Below, one piece after another: positions 1 to 10,539 of a stretch of 64,000 nt of DNA; position 1 is the first letter of the stretch, and each line of letters begins with the position of its first letter. Location: assembly GCA_946185745.1 (NCBI GenBank), contig CAMHKQ010000003.1:1742-65741 (forward strand), given 5' to 3'. This stretch comes from an uncultured Bacteroidales bacterium (GTDB lineage Bacteria; Bacteroidota; Bacteroidia; Bacteroidales; UBA932). Made by a program: the position numbers and the translations under genes. Under the pieces are notes generated by a model that saw only the letters and a program-made list of their open reading frames with translations, had not been told where the DNA came from and made no database searches.

Positions 1-8
1 ACCGGTTT

Positions 9-1487
9 ATGTTCCTTTTAGGTTACGACGTAGGCAGTTCTTCCGTGAAAGCCTCCTTGGTAGATGCACAAAGCGGACAATGTGTTGCATCTGCATTCTA
101 TCCGAAAAACGAAGCGCCCATAGCTTCCCCCAAACCCGGCTGGGCCGAACAGGATCCCGACGCCTGGTGGTCATATCTGAAAAAGGCCACTCAGGATATC
201 ATGCAGGGCAAAAACCCGGCGGACATAGCCGCCATCGGCATCAGCTACCAGATGCACGGGCTCGTTTGCGTGGACAAAAACCTCAAGCCGCTGCGCCCCT
301 CCATCATCTGGTGCGACAGCCGTGCCGTCCAGTACGGCAAGCGGGCCATGGAATCCATAGGCGAGGAAAAATGCCTGGGCCATCTCCTCAACTCCCCCGG
401 GAATTTCACGGCCTCGAAGCTGGCCTGGGTGAAGGAAAACGAGCCGGAGGTCTACGGCAAAATCCATAAGTTCATGCTCCCCGGCGACTATATCGCGCTG
501 AAACTCAGCGGGGAAGCCTGCACCACGGTGAGCGGCCTTTCGGAGGGCATCTTCTGGGATTTCAGGGAGAAGTGCCCCGCCGATTTTCTCTTCTCGTACT
601 TCGGCTTCGACAAGGAGCTGATGCCCGAGATCAGACCCACCTTCGGGCTGCAGGGAGAAGTGAGCGCCGCAGCGGCTGAGGAGCTGGGGCTCCGCAAGGG
701 CATCCCCATCACCTACCGCGCCGGCGACCAGCCCAACAACGCCCTGAGCCTCAACGTATTGGAGCCGGGCGAAATCGCCTCCACCGCCGGCACTTCAGGG
801 GTAGTATACGGCGTGCTGGACAGCATCACCTACGACCCCAAGTCGCGCGTGAACACTTTCGCGCACGTGAACCATACGGCCGAAAAGACCCGCCTGGGCG
901 TGCTGCTCTGCATCAACGGAGTGGGCATCCTCAACTCGTGGACAAGGCACAATTTCATGCCGGAGGGCATGACCTACAGGGAGATGGACGAAATCGCCGA
1001 AAGAATCCCGATTGGCAGCGAGGGCATCAGCGTACTCCCCTTCGGAAACGGCGTGGAGAGGATGCTGGGCAACCGCGAGACCGGCTGCTGCATTTCCGGG
1101 CTGGACCTCAAGCGCCACAACTGGAGGCACATGACCAGGGCCGTGCAGGAAGGCATAGTCTTCTCGTTCAAGTACGGAATGGATATCATGAAGGGCATGG
1201 GCATTGCCATCAGGCGCATCCACGCCGGCGACGTAAACATGTTCAAGAGCCAGGTGTTCCGCGAGGCGCTGGCAGGCGTAACTGACGCTGCAATAGATCT
1301 CTACGACACCGACGGCAGCATCGGTGCAGCCAAGGGAGCGGGCATAGGGGCCGGAATCTACCGGAGCTCCTACGAAGCCTTCTCCACCCTCAAGAAGAAA
1401 TGCACAGTGGAGCCGTCCAGGGGTACCGAATACGCCGCGGCGTACAAGCGCTGGAGGGCCGAGCTGCAAAAGCAGCTGCAACAATAG
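9..1487 (+). CDS. xylB: Xylulokinase (FGGY carbohydrate kinase)
   Basis: [18 protein letters not shown] and [13 protein letters not shown] motifs; directly upstream of xylose isomerase. Confidence 0.92.
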   Translation: MFLLGYDVGSSSVKASLVDAQSGQCVASAFYPKNEAPIASPKPGWAEQDPDAWWSYLKKATQDIMQGKNPADIAAIGISYQMHGLVCVDKNLKPLRPSIIWCDSRAVQYGKRAMESIGEEKCLGHLLNSPGNFTASKLAWVKENEPEVYGKIHKFMLPGDYIALKLSGEACTTVSGLSEGIFWDFREKCPADFLFSYFGFDKELMPEIRPTFGLQGEVSAAAAEELGLRKGIPITYRAGDQPNNALSLNVLEPGEIASTAGTSGVVYGVLDSITYDPKSRVNTFAHVNHTAEKTRLGVLLCINGVGILNSWTRHNFMPEGMTYREMDEIAERIPIGSEGISVLPFGNGVERMLGNRETGCCISGLDLKRHNWRHMTRAVQEGIVFSFKYGMDIMKGMGIAIRRIHAGDVNMFKSQVFREALAGVTDAAIDLYDTDGSIGAAKGAGIGAGIYRSSYEAFSTLKKKCTVEPSRGTEYAAAYKRWRAELQKQLQQ

Positions 1488-1507
1488 AAACTAATAATCA
1501 CGACAAT

Positions 1508-2824
1508 ATGGCAAAAGAGTATTTTCCGCAGATCGGAAAGATTCCCTTCGAGGGAAAGCAGAGCAAGAATCCCCTTGCATTCCATTACTATGAGCCCGAG
1601 AAGGTAGTTCTGGGCAAGAAGATGAAAGACTGGCTCAAGTTCGCCGTGGCCTGGTGGCATACGCTGGGCCAGGCGAGCGGCGACCAGTTCGGCGGCCAGA
1701 CCCGCAGCTACGAGTGGGACAAGGCCTCCACTCCCCTGCAAAGGGCCAAGGACAAGGTGGACGCCGGCTTCGAATTCATGCAGAAACTCGGGATAGAGTA
1801 TTTCTGCTTCCATGACATCGACCTCGTCGAAGACACCGACGATATCGCGCAGTACGAGAAGAACATGGCGGACATCACCGACTACCTGAAGGCGAAGATG
1901 GCCGAAACCGGCATCAGGAACCTCTGGGGCACCGCCAACGTGTTCGGGCACAAGCGCTACATGAACGGCGCCGCCACCAATCCCGACTTCGACGTGGTGG
2001 CCCGCGCAGCCGTGCAGATCAAGAACGCCATCGACGCCACCATCAAGCTCGGCGGCACCAACTACGTGTTCTGGGGCGGCCGCGAAGGCTACATGAGCGT
2101 GCTCAACACCGACATGAAACGCGAGAAGGAGCATCTTGCAGCCATGCTCACCGCAGCCCGCGACTACGCGCGCGCACACGGCTTCAAGGGCACCTTCCTC
2201 ATCGAGCCCAAGCCCATGGAGCCCACCAAGCACCAGTACGACGTGGATACGGAGACCGTTATCGGCTTCCTGCGCGCCAACGGCCTGGACAAGGACTTCA
2301 AGGTGAACATCGAGGTGAACCACGCCACCCTGGCAGGCCACAGCTTCGACGAAGAGCTGGCGGTCGCGGTCGATCTCGGCATGCTCGGCAGCATCGACGC
2401 CAACCGCGGCGACCCGCAGAACGGCTGGGACACCGACCAGTTCCCGGTAGACAACTTCGAACTCACCCAGGCCATGCTGCAGGTCATCCGCAACGGCGGC
2501 CTGCACGACGGCGGCTCCAACTTCGACGCCAAGATACGCCGCAATTCCACAGACCTCGAAGACCTCTTCATCGCCCACATCAGCGGCATGGACCAGATGG
2601 CAAGGGCCCTGCTCAACGCAGCCAGGATCATCGAGGAATCCCCGCTTCCCAAGATGCTCAGGGAGCGTTACGCTTCCTTCGACAAGGGCGAGGGCAAGCG
2701 CTTCGAAGAAGGCAAGATGAGCCTCGAGGAGCTCGTGGAATACGCAAAGAAGAAAGGAGAACCCGCACAGACCTCCGGCAAGCAGGAGCTCTACGAAGCG
2801 ATAGTGGCGCTTTATGCAGAATAG
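1508..2824 (+). CDS. xylA: Xylose isomerase (class II, 438 aa)
   Basis: [16 protein letters not shown] start, [32 protein letters not shown] and [12 protein letters not shown] motifs; start moved to ATG at 1508. Confidence 0.97.
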   Translation: MAKEYFPQIGKIPFEGKQSKNPLAFHYYEPEKVVLGKKMKDWLKFAVAWWHTLGQASGDQFGGQTRSYEWDKASTPLQRAKDKVDAGFEFMQKLGIEYFCFHDIDLVEDTDDIAQYEKNMADITDYLKAKMAETGIRNLWGTANVFGHKRYMNGAATNPDFDVVARAAVQIKNAIDATIKLGGTNYVFWGGREGYMSVLNTDMKREKEHLAAMLTAARDYARAHGFKGTFLIEPKPMEPTKHQYDVDTETVIGFLRANGLDKDFKVNIEVNHATLAGHSFDEELAVAVDLGMLGSIDANRGDPQNGWDTDQFPVDNFELTQAMLQVIRNGGLHDGGSNFDAKIRRNSTDLEDLFIAHISGMDQMARALLNAARIIEESPLPKMLRERYASFDKGEGKRFEEGKMSLEELVEYAKKKGEPAQTSGKQELYEAIVALYAE

Positions 2825-4316
2825 TTATTCCCAGAAAGGCAGCCCGTCCTACCTTTTCGCGATTGTGCTGGCCGCAGTCGTGGGCGGGCTCCTGTTCGGT
2901 TACGACACCGCGGTGATTTCCGGCGCCGAGAAGGGCCTGCAGGCCTTCTTCATGAACGCCAAGGACTTCACCTACACCAACTTCATGCACGGGTTCACCA
3001 CGTCCAGCGCGCTCATCGGATGCGTCATCGGCAGCTTCCTCTCCGGAATCATGGCCAGCCGGCTCGGCCGCCGCAAGTCGCTGTTCGTGGCAGGTATCCT
3101 GTTCTTTCTCAGCGCGCTGGGCTCCTTCAGGCCCGAGTTCCTGTTCTTTGAATACGGAGTGCCCACCAGGAGCCTCCTGTGGGCGTTCAACGGCTACCGG
3201 GTGCTGGGCGGCATAGGTGTCGGCATGGCTTCCGCCATCTGCCCCATGTACATCGCCGAGATATCCCCTGCCGAAAAACGCGGCACCCTCGTATCGTGGA
3301 ACCAGTTTGCCATTATCTTCGGCCAGCTGGTGGTGTATTTCGTGAATTTCCTCATCCTGGGTTCGCACGCCAATCCCGTGGTCGACCTCGTGGACGGGGT
3401 GAACAAAGTGATGAATCCCGAAGCCGCGGCATGGTCCACGGCCACCGGCTGGAGGCTCATGTTCGTGAGCGAAGCCGTACCGGCAGGCATCTTCACGATT
3501 CTGGCACTTCTCATTCCCGAGACTCCGCGCTACCTGGCCATGAACGGAAAGGACGACAAGGCCCTGCACGTGCTCAGCCGCATCAACGGCGAGTCCAAGG
3601 CCCGCCAGATTCTCGCGGACATCAAGGCCACCACCGAGCAGAAGACCGAGAAGCTCTTCACCTACGGCTGGGTGGTCATCTTCGTGGGAATCATGCTCAG
3701 CGTGTTCCAGCAGGCCATAGGCATCAACGCGGTGCTCTACTTCGCCCCGCGCATCTTCGAGTCCATGGGGCTCGGCAATCCTATGGTGTACACGGTGGTG
3801 ATGGGCGTCATCAACATCACCTTCACTCTGGTGGCGGTGTTCACGGTGGAGAAGCTCGGCCGCAAGCCGCTGCTCATCACGGGCTCGCTCTGCATGGCCC
3901 TCGGCGCCCTCGGAGTCGCCCTGAGCAACATCGTGGAAGTCCCCGCCATCGTGCCCGTCGTCAGCATCCTCATCTACAGCGCCTCATTCATGTTCAGCTG
4001 GGGCCCCATCTGCTGGGTGCTCATCAGCGAAATCTTTCCCAACACCATCCGCAGCCAGGCCACGGCCATCGCGGTAGCCGCGCAGTGGATATTCAACTTC
4101 ATAGTTTCCAGCACCTTCGTGCCCATGTACAACATGCGCCTGGGCTCGATGGGAGTGAACTTCGGTCACTTCTTCTCCTATGCTCTCTACGGTGTGATCT
4201 GCCTGCTGGCGGCCCTCTTCGTATGGAAGATGGTCCCGGAGACAAAGGGAAAGTCGCTGGAAGAGATGAACAAGCTGTGGAAAGACCGCAGGAAAGCGTC
4301 GCGCAAGACTACTTGA
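2814..4316 (+). CDS. xylE: D-xylose:H+ symporter, MFS sugar porter
   Basis: [37 protein letters not shown] and [10 protein letters not shown] motifs; in the xylose operon. Confidence 0.9.
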   Translation: MQNSYSQKGSPSYLFAIVLAAVVGGLLFGYDTAVISGAEKGLQAFFMNAKDFTYTNFMHGFTTSSALIGCVIGSFLSGIMASRLGRRKSLFVAGILFFLSALGSFRPEFLFFEYGVPTRSLLWAFNGYRVLGGIGVGMASAICPMYIAEISPAEKRGTLVSWNQFAIIFGQLVVYFVNFLILGSHANPVVDLVDGVNKVMNPEAAAWSTATGWRLMFVSEAVPAGIFTILALLIPETPRYLAMNGKDDKALHVLSRINGESKARQILADIKATTEQKTEKLFTYGWVVIFVGIMLSVFQQAIGINAVLYFAPRIFESMGLGNPMVYTVVMGVINITFTLVAVFTVEKLGRKPLLITGSLCMALGALGVALSNIVEVPAIVPVVSILIYSASFMFSWGPICWVLISEIFPNTIRSQATAIAVAAQWIFNFIVSSTFVPMYNMRLGSMGVNFGHFFSYALYGVICLLAALFVWKMVPETKGKSLEEMNKLWKDRRKASRKTT

Positions 4317-5478
4317 GCCACTTCTCCGGGTTCTGCGGAGTCTTGTTTTCCCAGAGCTCGAAATGAAGTTCGGTTTCGCCCGATATTGTATCGACCAGGC
4401 CAATCACCTGGCCGATCTTTATTTTGTCCCCGGCCTTCACCGAAACGTTGGTGAGCTTGCAGTAGAAGGTGAAGAAACTGCCGTGCTGCACCAGCACGCA
4501 CTGGCTGTAGCCGGGCATCACTATCACCTGGCAAACCTTGCCGTCGAAGACTGCCTTGACCGCTGTTTTCGGTGACAGGGCGATGTTGATGCCGTTGTTG
4601 AACGGAAGTTTGACGTTCTTGTAGACGGGATGATAGCGCTCGCCGAAGGGGTCGGTGACGGGGCCGTCGGCAGGCCATGGAAGCTTTCCCTTGTTGCTGG
4701 CGAAATCCGCCGCGAGTTTGGTGTCGATTTCCGTCTTTTTGCCGCCGGACGAGGACGCGGTGGCCTTGTCCACCATGCGCTGCATCTCTCTTTCGAGGGC
4801 TTTCATCTCCTTGCGCTTGGCGTCCAGCTGCTTCTGGTAATTGTTCTTGTCCTTGCCCAGGCGGTCGACGAGTTTCTGCGATTCGCCTTCCTCCTTCTTG
4901 AGCAGCTTCAGCTCGTCGGAGCGTTTCTGCCTCTTCTGGACGGCCTGGCGGCGGAGCTCGGCCACAGTATCCCTCTGGGCGGAAAGTTCTTCCCTGGCCT
5001 CGGTTATCTTCGCGGCCTGGGTGCGCATCTGCCCGGAAAGGCTCTTCAGGTAACCGTAGCGCCGCAGGCCCTGGCCCAGGTTGCCGGCCGAGAGGATGTA
5101 CATGTACCACAGGCGGGAATCGCGGTTGCGGTAGGCCGTTCGCACCAGACGCTCATAGTTCCTGCCCATGGTGTCGAGACGGGCTCGGAGCAGGCGGATG
5201 GTGTCTTCCTTGGCGAAGATGAGGGCGTCCAGCTCGAGCACCTCGCGGTTGCTCTCCTCGAGCAGGAGCTTGCGGTTGCTGATCTTCTTGCGGGTGTATT
5301 TGAGGGACGACATGGCGTTGTCCTTCTGCTTGGAGATGTCTTTTATCTGCTTGTCAAGGATGGCCATGTCCTTTTCGAGCCTTTCGCGGCGGCTCTTCTG
5401 GGCGGCCGTCTGCGAAAAGGCCGGCACCGCTGCGAGGAGCGCCGCCGCCAGGACAGTTATGAGGGTTTTCAGCCTCAT
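4309..5478 (-). CDS. EnvC-like murein hydrolase activator (coiled coil plus M23/LytM domain)
   Basis: Signal peptide MRLKTLITVLAAALLAAVPAFS, long coiled coil, C-terminal KGKLPWPADG...NNGINI...LHFELW; start moved to 5478. Confidence 0.8.
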   Translation of the reverse strand: MRLKTLITVLAAALLAAVPAFSQTAAQKSRRERLEKDMAILDKQIKDISKQKDNAMSSLKYTRKKISNRKLLLEESNREVLELDALIFAKEDTIRLLRARLDTMGRNYERLVRTAYRNRDSRLWYMYILSAGNLGQGLRRYGYLKSLSGQMRTQAAKITEAREELSAQRDTVAELRRQAVQKRQKRSDELKLLKKEEGESQKLVDRLGKDKNNYQKQLDAKRKEMKALEREMQRMVDKATASSSGGKKTEIDTKLAADFASNKGKLPWPADGPVTDPFGERYHPVYKNVKLPFNNGINIALSPKTAVKAVFDGKVCQVIVMPGYSQCVLVQHGSFFTFYCKLTNVSVKAGDKIKIGQVIGLVDTISGETELHFELWENKTPQNPEKWLK

Positions 5479-6836
5479 TCCTCCGCCTTCTTGTTGTCGG
5501 CCAGGGTGCGGTAGTACTGCGAGAGTTCCTTCTCTCCCAGCGCATCCAGCACCACGGAATAATGTTCCAGTATGTCCAGGTGGTCCTTGCCCCCGTAAAT
5601 CATGGCCTTCTTGAAGTAGGGCTTGGCCTCGGCGTCCCTTCCGAGCAGATGCAGGATCCACCCGTAGGTGTCGAGGTAGGAGGGATTCTCGGGCTCGAGT
5701 TCGATGGTGCGGCGGCTCATCTGTTCGGCCTTCTTGAGCTTCTTGCCGGAAAGCGAGAGGTAGTAGGCGTAGTTATTGAGAGTCAGCACGTTGTCGGGCT
5801 CGAGGCGGAGCACCTTGTCGTAATATTTCATGGCCTTGCGGTCGTTCCCCACCGCATGCCAGCAGTCGCCGGCGGTGCTCATGGCGGGAATCACCTCGGG
5901 GTTGTTCCTGCCCCCGAGTTTGATGATGGTCTCGCACTCTTCCAGCACCTGGCGCATGTTGCCGCCGTCGTAGATGAGGCTGAGCTTCGTGTAGTGGGCT
6001 GAGAGGTCTTTGGGGTACTCTTCCAGGAGGCGGTTGAAATACCTGGCGCCGATATCTTTGCGGTCGGTGGAGTAGTACCAGGAGCCGGCCAGCCTGAGGG
6101 CGCTGCTGTCGGCGGGATGGGCCTGCACGCAATAGTTCACGAGGGAATCGAGCTGGGCTCCCCATGTGACATAGAATGGATAATCCACGTGCTTGAGCAG
6201 TTCCGTGACGTAATTGCACTTGGAATACGGCTTCATGCCGGGATCGCGCACGAACTGGCGGGCGTCCGCGAAGAACGCTGCGATGTTGCCGGTCATGCGG
6301 TTCAGCTCCGCCCTACCGAGCAGCGCGGGCGAATACCCCGGGGCGAGCGACAGGGCCTTGTCGTAGCAGTCGCGGGCCAGGGAGTCGCGGTATAGCGAAA
6401 GGTAGCGGTCGCCGATGAGCGTGAGCGTATACGCGTTGGCATAATAGGAGGGGCGCGCCTCCACGAGCGGGATGTAAAGGTCTGCGGCTTCGTGGTTGCG
6501 CCCTTGGGCGGCGAAGAGCCCCGCGAGCGCATCCTTGTACCAGATGTTGCAGCTGTCGAGCCTGACGGCCTCGGAGAGATACTTTTCGGCCGAGGCGAGG
6601 TCGCCGGCGGAATAGGCAATGAGCCCCATGTAGTACTTCACGGCGTCGTTGGCGGGGTAGTTCCTGTCTATCTTCTCTATGGCCTCCTTTGCGCGGACGG
6701 GGTCGGTATCGAGCCTGGAAACGGCGTCCAGAAGAAGGTTCTGGACGAGTGCGTCGTTCTCTGCGGAGCCCTGGGCGAACGCAGTAAAAGCCACCAGGGG
6801 AAGGAGCAGGAGCAGTGTGATTATCTTCGTTTTCAT
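5475..6836 (-). CDS. Tetratricopeptide repeat protein, exported
   Basis: Signal peptide; repeated TPR units such as LNNYAYYLS...PENPSYLDTYGWILH; 4-nt overlap with envC-like gene. Confidence 0.8.
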   Translation of the reverse strand: MKTKIITLLLLLPLVAFTAFAQGSAENDALVQNLLLDAVSRLDTDPVRAKEAIEKIDRNYPANDAVKYYMGLIAYSAGDLASAEKYLSEAVRLDSCNIWYKDALAGLFAAQGRNHEAADLYIPLVEARPSYYANAYTLTLIGDRYLSLYRDSLARDCYDKALSLAPGYSPALLGRAELNRMTGNIAAFFADARQFVRDPGMKPYSKCNYVTELLKHVDYPFYVTWGAQLDSLVNYCVQAHPADSSALRLAGSWYYSTDRKDIGARYFNRLLEEYPKDLSAHYTKLSLIYDGGNMRQVLEECETIIKLGGRNNPEVIPAMSTAGDCWHAVGNDRKAMKYYDKVLRLEPDNVLTLNNYAYYLSLSGKKLKKAEQMSRRTIELEPENPSYLDTYGWILHLLGRDAEAKPYFKKAMIYGGKDHLDILEHYSVVLDALGEKELSQYYRTLADNKKAEE

Positions 6837-6840
6837 CCGC

Positions 6841-6890
6841 TTGTTTACATTGCAAAAATAGTGCTTTTCAGTTTTATTTGAGTAAATTTG
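6841..6890. promoter_or_regulatory. Divergent Bacteroidetes sigma70 promoters (TPR gene and ECF sigma gene)
   Basis: TAAATTTG on + strand before the sigma ATG; TATTTTTG on - strand before the TPR ATG; both match TAnnTTTG. Confidence 0.6.
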
Positions 6891-6910
6891 CGAACGTTAT
6901 TTGAAAAGCG

Positions 6911-7504
6911 ATGCAACTTTTTGGCAACAAATTGCATCTTAATTCTCAGAAACAGCCGGAAGAACCGGAGGGCAAACTGGACTACGCTTCCCTAATCGAG
7001 GGCTGCAAGTCCGGCGACAGATTGTCCCAGAAAGCGTTGTACGACGCCCTTTCCCGCAAGATGTTCGCAGTGTGCCTGCGCTACATGGGGGATCGCGATG
7101 CGGCGGAAGACGTCCTGCAGGACGGTTTCGTCACCCTCTATTCCAAGCTGGACAGCTTTTCGGGGGCAGGTTCCTTCGAAGGCTGGGCAAGAAAGATCTT
7201 TGTCAACACAGCACTCATGTCCCTGCGCAGGAAAGACGTCCTGCGAGGCACAGAGGAAGTGGACGCCGCCTACGGGGTGTCATCCGACAGCCCTACGGCC
7301 GTCCAGCAGATTGGTTACCGCGAGCTCATGAAGCTCGTCTCCGAGCTTCCTCCGGGGTTCCGCACCGTTTTCAACATGTACGTCATCGAAGGTTACTCCC
7401 ACAAAGAAATCGCGGAGGCCCTCGGGGTGACGGAGGTCACGTCGCGGAGCCAGCTGCAAAGGGCGCGCACGCTGCTGCAAGACAAAATTAAAGAGAAGCA
7501 TTAA
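6911..7504 (+). CDS. ECF RNA polymerase sigma-70 factor
   Basis: AEDVLQDGFV, SFEGWARKIFVN (region 2) and LPPGFRTVFNMYVIEGYSHKEIAEALG (region 4). Confidence 0.92.
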   Translation: MQLFGNKLHLNSQKQPEEPEGKLDYASLIEGCKSGDRLSQKALYDALSRKMFAVCLRYMGDRDAAEDVLQDGFVTLYSKLDSFSGAGSFEGWARKIFVNTALMSLRRKDVLRGTEEVDAAYGVSSDSPTAVQQIGYRELMKLVSELPPGFRTVFNMYVIEGYSHKEIAEALGVTEVTSRSQLQRARTLLQDKIKEKH

Positions 7505-7505
7505 G

Positions 7506-8765
7506 ATGCAAAAAGGCAATATGACAGATTTCGACCTCTTCGTGAAGAGGTCCCTTCAAGACGCCGAGGAGGAAGTCTCCCCGCGCGTCTGGCGCGGCAT
7601 AGAGTCAAGGCTCGCCGCCAGGGAGGCGCAGAAGGCCGCAGCTGCATCGCGAAAGAACCACAGCTTCGGCTGGGGCTGGCCTGCCGCCGCACTCGCAATG
7701 GCGGCAGTGCTTGCAGCCGTCATCATCCTGCCCGGGACAAAACGCAATTCCAACCTTACAAACCATAACGATACCACCCTCCTTTCGGACGCAAGTACCG
7801 TCAGGCAGGTTACCGTTTCCGGGCAGGACGGCGGCGAATCCGTCACCGCTGCTGCCGAGTCCGGCATAGTCGCCGATGTTCCCGTCGCCGACAGGCGCAG
7901 TTCCGCCTCAGGCGTAAAGGTTGCTGAGCCCCGGGCCCAGCAGCAGGCGGCACCGGTCGCCGAGCCCGCGCAGGAGCCGCAGGCTCGGCAGGAAGCCGCT
8001 CCCGAAACACAGGTCCCGCAGCAGCCCCAGGCATCGGAGCCGGTCGCACAGGAGCCCCAGGCGCCTCAGGAGGCCGTCAGGCCCGCTGCCGGGCAGCCCG
8101 ATGAATTCGCCCGCATGGCCTTCGAAGACCAGATGTCCCGCAAGGCCCCGGTACGCATCTCCGCCCTGGCGGGAGGCATCCTGGGCGCAGGCAATTCCGC
8201 ATCCTCGGCCCCGCTCTACGGCGTCAGCGCCAAGAACGACTATATCCCCGGCGACATCCGTGAAGAAGGCGAATCCTCCTACAGCATTCCGTTCAGCGTG
8301 GGCGTAGGCGTGCGTTTCGGGCTCACCCCCAGGCTTTCCGTCGGCACGGGCATCGACTACTCCCTCCTTTCGCGCAATTTCAACGGCAGCCTCACAGGCG
8401 CTTCAGGAGCCGTCACCAAGGGCAACATCCGCCACAACATGCAGTACATCGGCGTTCCGCTCAACGTCTACTTCGAACTGCTGGGCGGCGGCAGCCTCCG
8501 CCTGTTCGCATTCGGAACCGGCGAAGCCGAGTGGCCCCTCAGCAGCAAGTACGCCCTGGGCGGTGAAACAGTCAGCTATCAGGTGCGCGGCACCCAGTTC
8601 TCGGCAGGCGGCGGTCTCGGAGTCGAGTTCCGCATCACCGACGGCCTCGGCCTGTATGCGGCGCCCAACGCCCGCTACTATTTCAACTGCGGCCAGCCCA
8701 AGAGCATCCGCACCGAAAAGCCGCTCCTGATCAACTTCAACGCAGGTTTACATTTTTATTTTTAA
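7506..8765 (+). CDS. Putative anti-sigma factor with TM helix, Pro/Gln linker and C-terminal outer-membrane beta-barrel
   Basis: N-terminal helical segment, hydrophobic WGWPAAALAMAAVLAAVIILP, PEQA-rich linker, alternating beta-strands ending FNAGLHFYF; 1 nt after the ECF gene. Confidence 0.7.
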   Translation: MQKGNMTDFDLFVKRSLQDAEEEVSPRVWRGIESRLAAREAQKAAAASRKNHSFGWGWPAAALAMAAVLAAVIILPGTKRNSNLTNHNDTTLLSDASTVRQVTVSGQDGGESVTAAAESGIVADVPVADRRSSASGVKVAEPRAQQQAAPVAEPAQEPQARQEAAPETQVPQQPQASEPVAQEPQAPQEAVRPAAGQPDEFARMAFEDQMSRKAPVRISALAGGILGAGNSASSAPLYGVSAKNDYIPGDIREEGESSYSIPFSVGVGVRFGLTPRLSVGTGIDYSLLSRNFNGSLTGASGAVTKGNIRHNMQYIGVPLNVYFELLGGGSLRLFAFGTGEAEWPLSSKYALGGETVSYQVRGTQFSAGGGLGVEFRITDGLGLYAAPNARYYFNCGQPKSIRTEKPLLINFNAGLHFYF

Positions 8766-8811
8766 GCCTGTAAAAAAAAGCTTTTACTACAAAAAAAGTA
8801 TTTTGACTTTT

Positions 8812-8844
8812 ACCCCGGGATTTACCCCCGGGGTTTCTTTTTTT
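8812..8844 (+). terminator. Intrinsic terminator after the ECF/anti-sigma pair
   Basis: ACCCCGGG / CCCGGGGT stem followed by TTCTTTTTTT. Confidence 0.7.
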
Positions 8845-8863
8845 CTCCCTTTATTTGCCGCAA

Positions 8864-10099
8864 ATGAAGAAGAGAAAAAGACTTGCGATCCTGGCCGCGG
8901 CTGCATTCGTTGCGGCCGGATGCTCGTGGCTGGAGCCTCCCGGCAGCGGCATCGCCAGGTGTGACAAATTCCCCAGGGGCGGCTACAGCGACGGCAGGGA
9001 CGGCAGGTCGTCCGATTCCACCGAAACCGGGCAGCAGTTCATTCCGGACACCATAGTCTGGGCAAGCGCGGTGCAGGTGCCGGACGACTATTACTGGCCC
9101 CGGGATACCGCCATGGGCGTCATGGACGCGAAGCTGCTGCTGTTCAAGGACGACGAGCAGGTGCTTTCGCTTCCGGTTGGAGCCGCATACGGCATCAGCC
9201 CCAATCCTGAAACCCACCATTTAATCGGCGGAAAGCTGTACACCGAATTCAACTCCGCCTCGGGCACTCAGATCCGGCGGGACGGCGAACTGGTCTGCCA
9301 TTACGAAGGGCGGGAAGTGCTCAAAGGGCTCCTTCCGGTAATGGACGACATCTTTACCCTCGGCCTCGACAAGGATGACAACTCGCTGGTATACAGGAAG
9401 AACGGCACCATCATGCTGAAGATGGACGGTGCCCGGGCCCTGGGAGGGCTCGGCGAAAACGCCCCTGCGCTCTATATGGACGGCGGGCATCAGTATTTCG
9501 CGATGCATCAGAGCGGCTCCACCTATCTGGTAACGGACGGCAGCATGAAAAAGGCGGACGCCATGTCGAATTTAGTGATGGACTACCGCATCGCAGACGG
9601 AGTGCCGTACTGCATCTTCACCATGGGAAACAACATCTTCCTGCTTCAGGACAAGAAAAAGTCGGTCCTGTGCGAGAAGCTGGGCGCGCTGGAGGATTTC
9701 CACATAATAGTCACCGAAGACGGAGTGTTCGCGGCCGGCACCTCCAGTGGGAATACCATGGTCAGGAACATCCGGGACAGCTGCACACTGGAGTTCGAAG
9801 GGGAAAGCCTGTTTCTCTATGAGAGCCGGGGGAAGATGTTTTCGGTGAGGGCGCACCGCCCGGTGACCGTGCGGGAAGCAGACACTAGCCTGCCCGGAAA
9901 CGGGAAGCTCCTCATGGAAGGGAGCGGCTGCTATTTCTTTTCGAGGGGATGCGGCTTCGCCCTGGAAGGGAGCCTCTATCTGGCGGTATCGGCCGAAAAC
10001 GGGCCGCCCTTCATCTGGAAGGACGGGGAAAAGCTGAGGGAATTCAGCCTCAACGGCTATCTGACCGGGGTGGAGGTGCAGCTCACTTCTCCCAACTGA
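8864..10099 (+). CDS. Hypothetical lipoprotein, probable beta-propeller
   Basis: KKRKR, hydrophobic stretch and AAGC lipobox; recurrent short beta repeats (YRKNG, VTDG, IWKDG). Confidence 0.6.
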   Translation: MKKRKRLAILAAAAFVAAGCSWLEPPGSGIARCDKFPRGGYSDGRDGRSSDSTETGQQFIPDTIVWASAVQVPDDYYWPRDTAMGVMDAKLLLFKDDEQVLSLPVGAAYGISPNPETHHLIGGKLYTEFNSASGTQIRRDGELVCHYEGREVLKGLLPVMDDIFTLGLDKDDNSLVYRKNGTIMLKMDGARALGGLGENAPALYMDGGHQYFAMHQSGSTYLVTDGSMKKADAMSNLVMDYRIADGVPYCIFTMGNNIFLLQDKKKSVLCEKLGALEDFHIIVTEDGVFAAGTSSGNTMVRNIRDSCTLEFEGESLFLYESRGKMFSVRAHRPVTVREADTSLPGNGKLLMEGSGCYFFSRGCGFALEGSLYLAVSAENGPPFIWKDGEKLREFSLNGYLTGVEVQLTSPN

Positions 10100-10508
10100 G
10101 GGCCCTGACGCCCCCGGGAAGGGTGTCGATGTGCACCCGCAGGCAGTCCTCGGGGAGCAGGTCCTCGATGTTTTCGGGCCACTCCATGAGGCAGAGACAG
10201 CCGGAGTCGATGTAGTCGTAGAAGCCTATGTCGAGAGCTTCGGAAATGCGCTCGATGCGGTAGAAATCGAAATGGAAGATGCTTTCCCCGGAAGCGCTGC
10301 GGTACTCGTTGACAATGGCGAAGGTGGGCGAGCTCACGGCGTCGTCCCTCACGCCCAGGGCCTTGCAGAGCGCGGTAATGAAAGTGGTCTTGCCGGCCCC
10401 CATGGAGCCGTAGAAGGCCACCACGCGGGAGTCTCCGAGCCCGGAAAGGAACTCTGCGGCAGCGGAGTCGATATCCGCAAGGCTGTTTATCAGAATCTGT
10501 TTTTTCAT
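10083..10508 (-). CDS. tsaE: tRNA threonylcarbamoyladenosine biosynthesis ATPase TsaE
   Basis: GSMGAGKTT Walker A, VSSPTFAIVNEY, HFDFYRI and MEWPE motifs; start moved to MKKQIL. Confidence 0.93.
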   Translation of the reverse strand: MKKQILINSLADIDSAAAEFLSGLGDSRVVAFYGSMGAGKTTFITALCKALGVRDDAVSSPTFAIVNEYRSASGESIFHFDFYRIERISEALDIGFYDYIDSGCLCLMEWPENIEDLLPEDCLRVHIDTLPGGVRALSWEK

Positions 10509-10539
10509 TACGACGGACAAAGTTATAAAATTAAAGGAC

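Noticed and set aside
4309-6836. Loss of dut and DUF4292 around the TPR-envC genes
   Set aside because: Based only on recalled Bacteroides synteny; cannot be judged from this window and is of low significance
8812-8834. TACCCCGGG tandem as an operator or invertible-promoter repeat
   Set aside because: Fully explained as a terminator stem with a U-tract; no recombinase nearby
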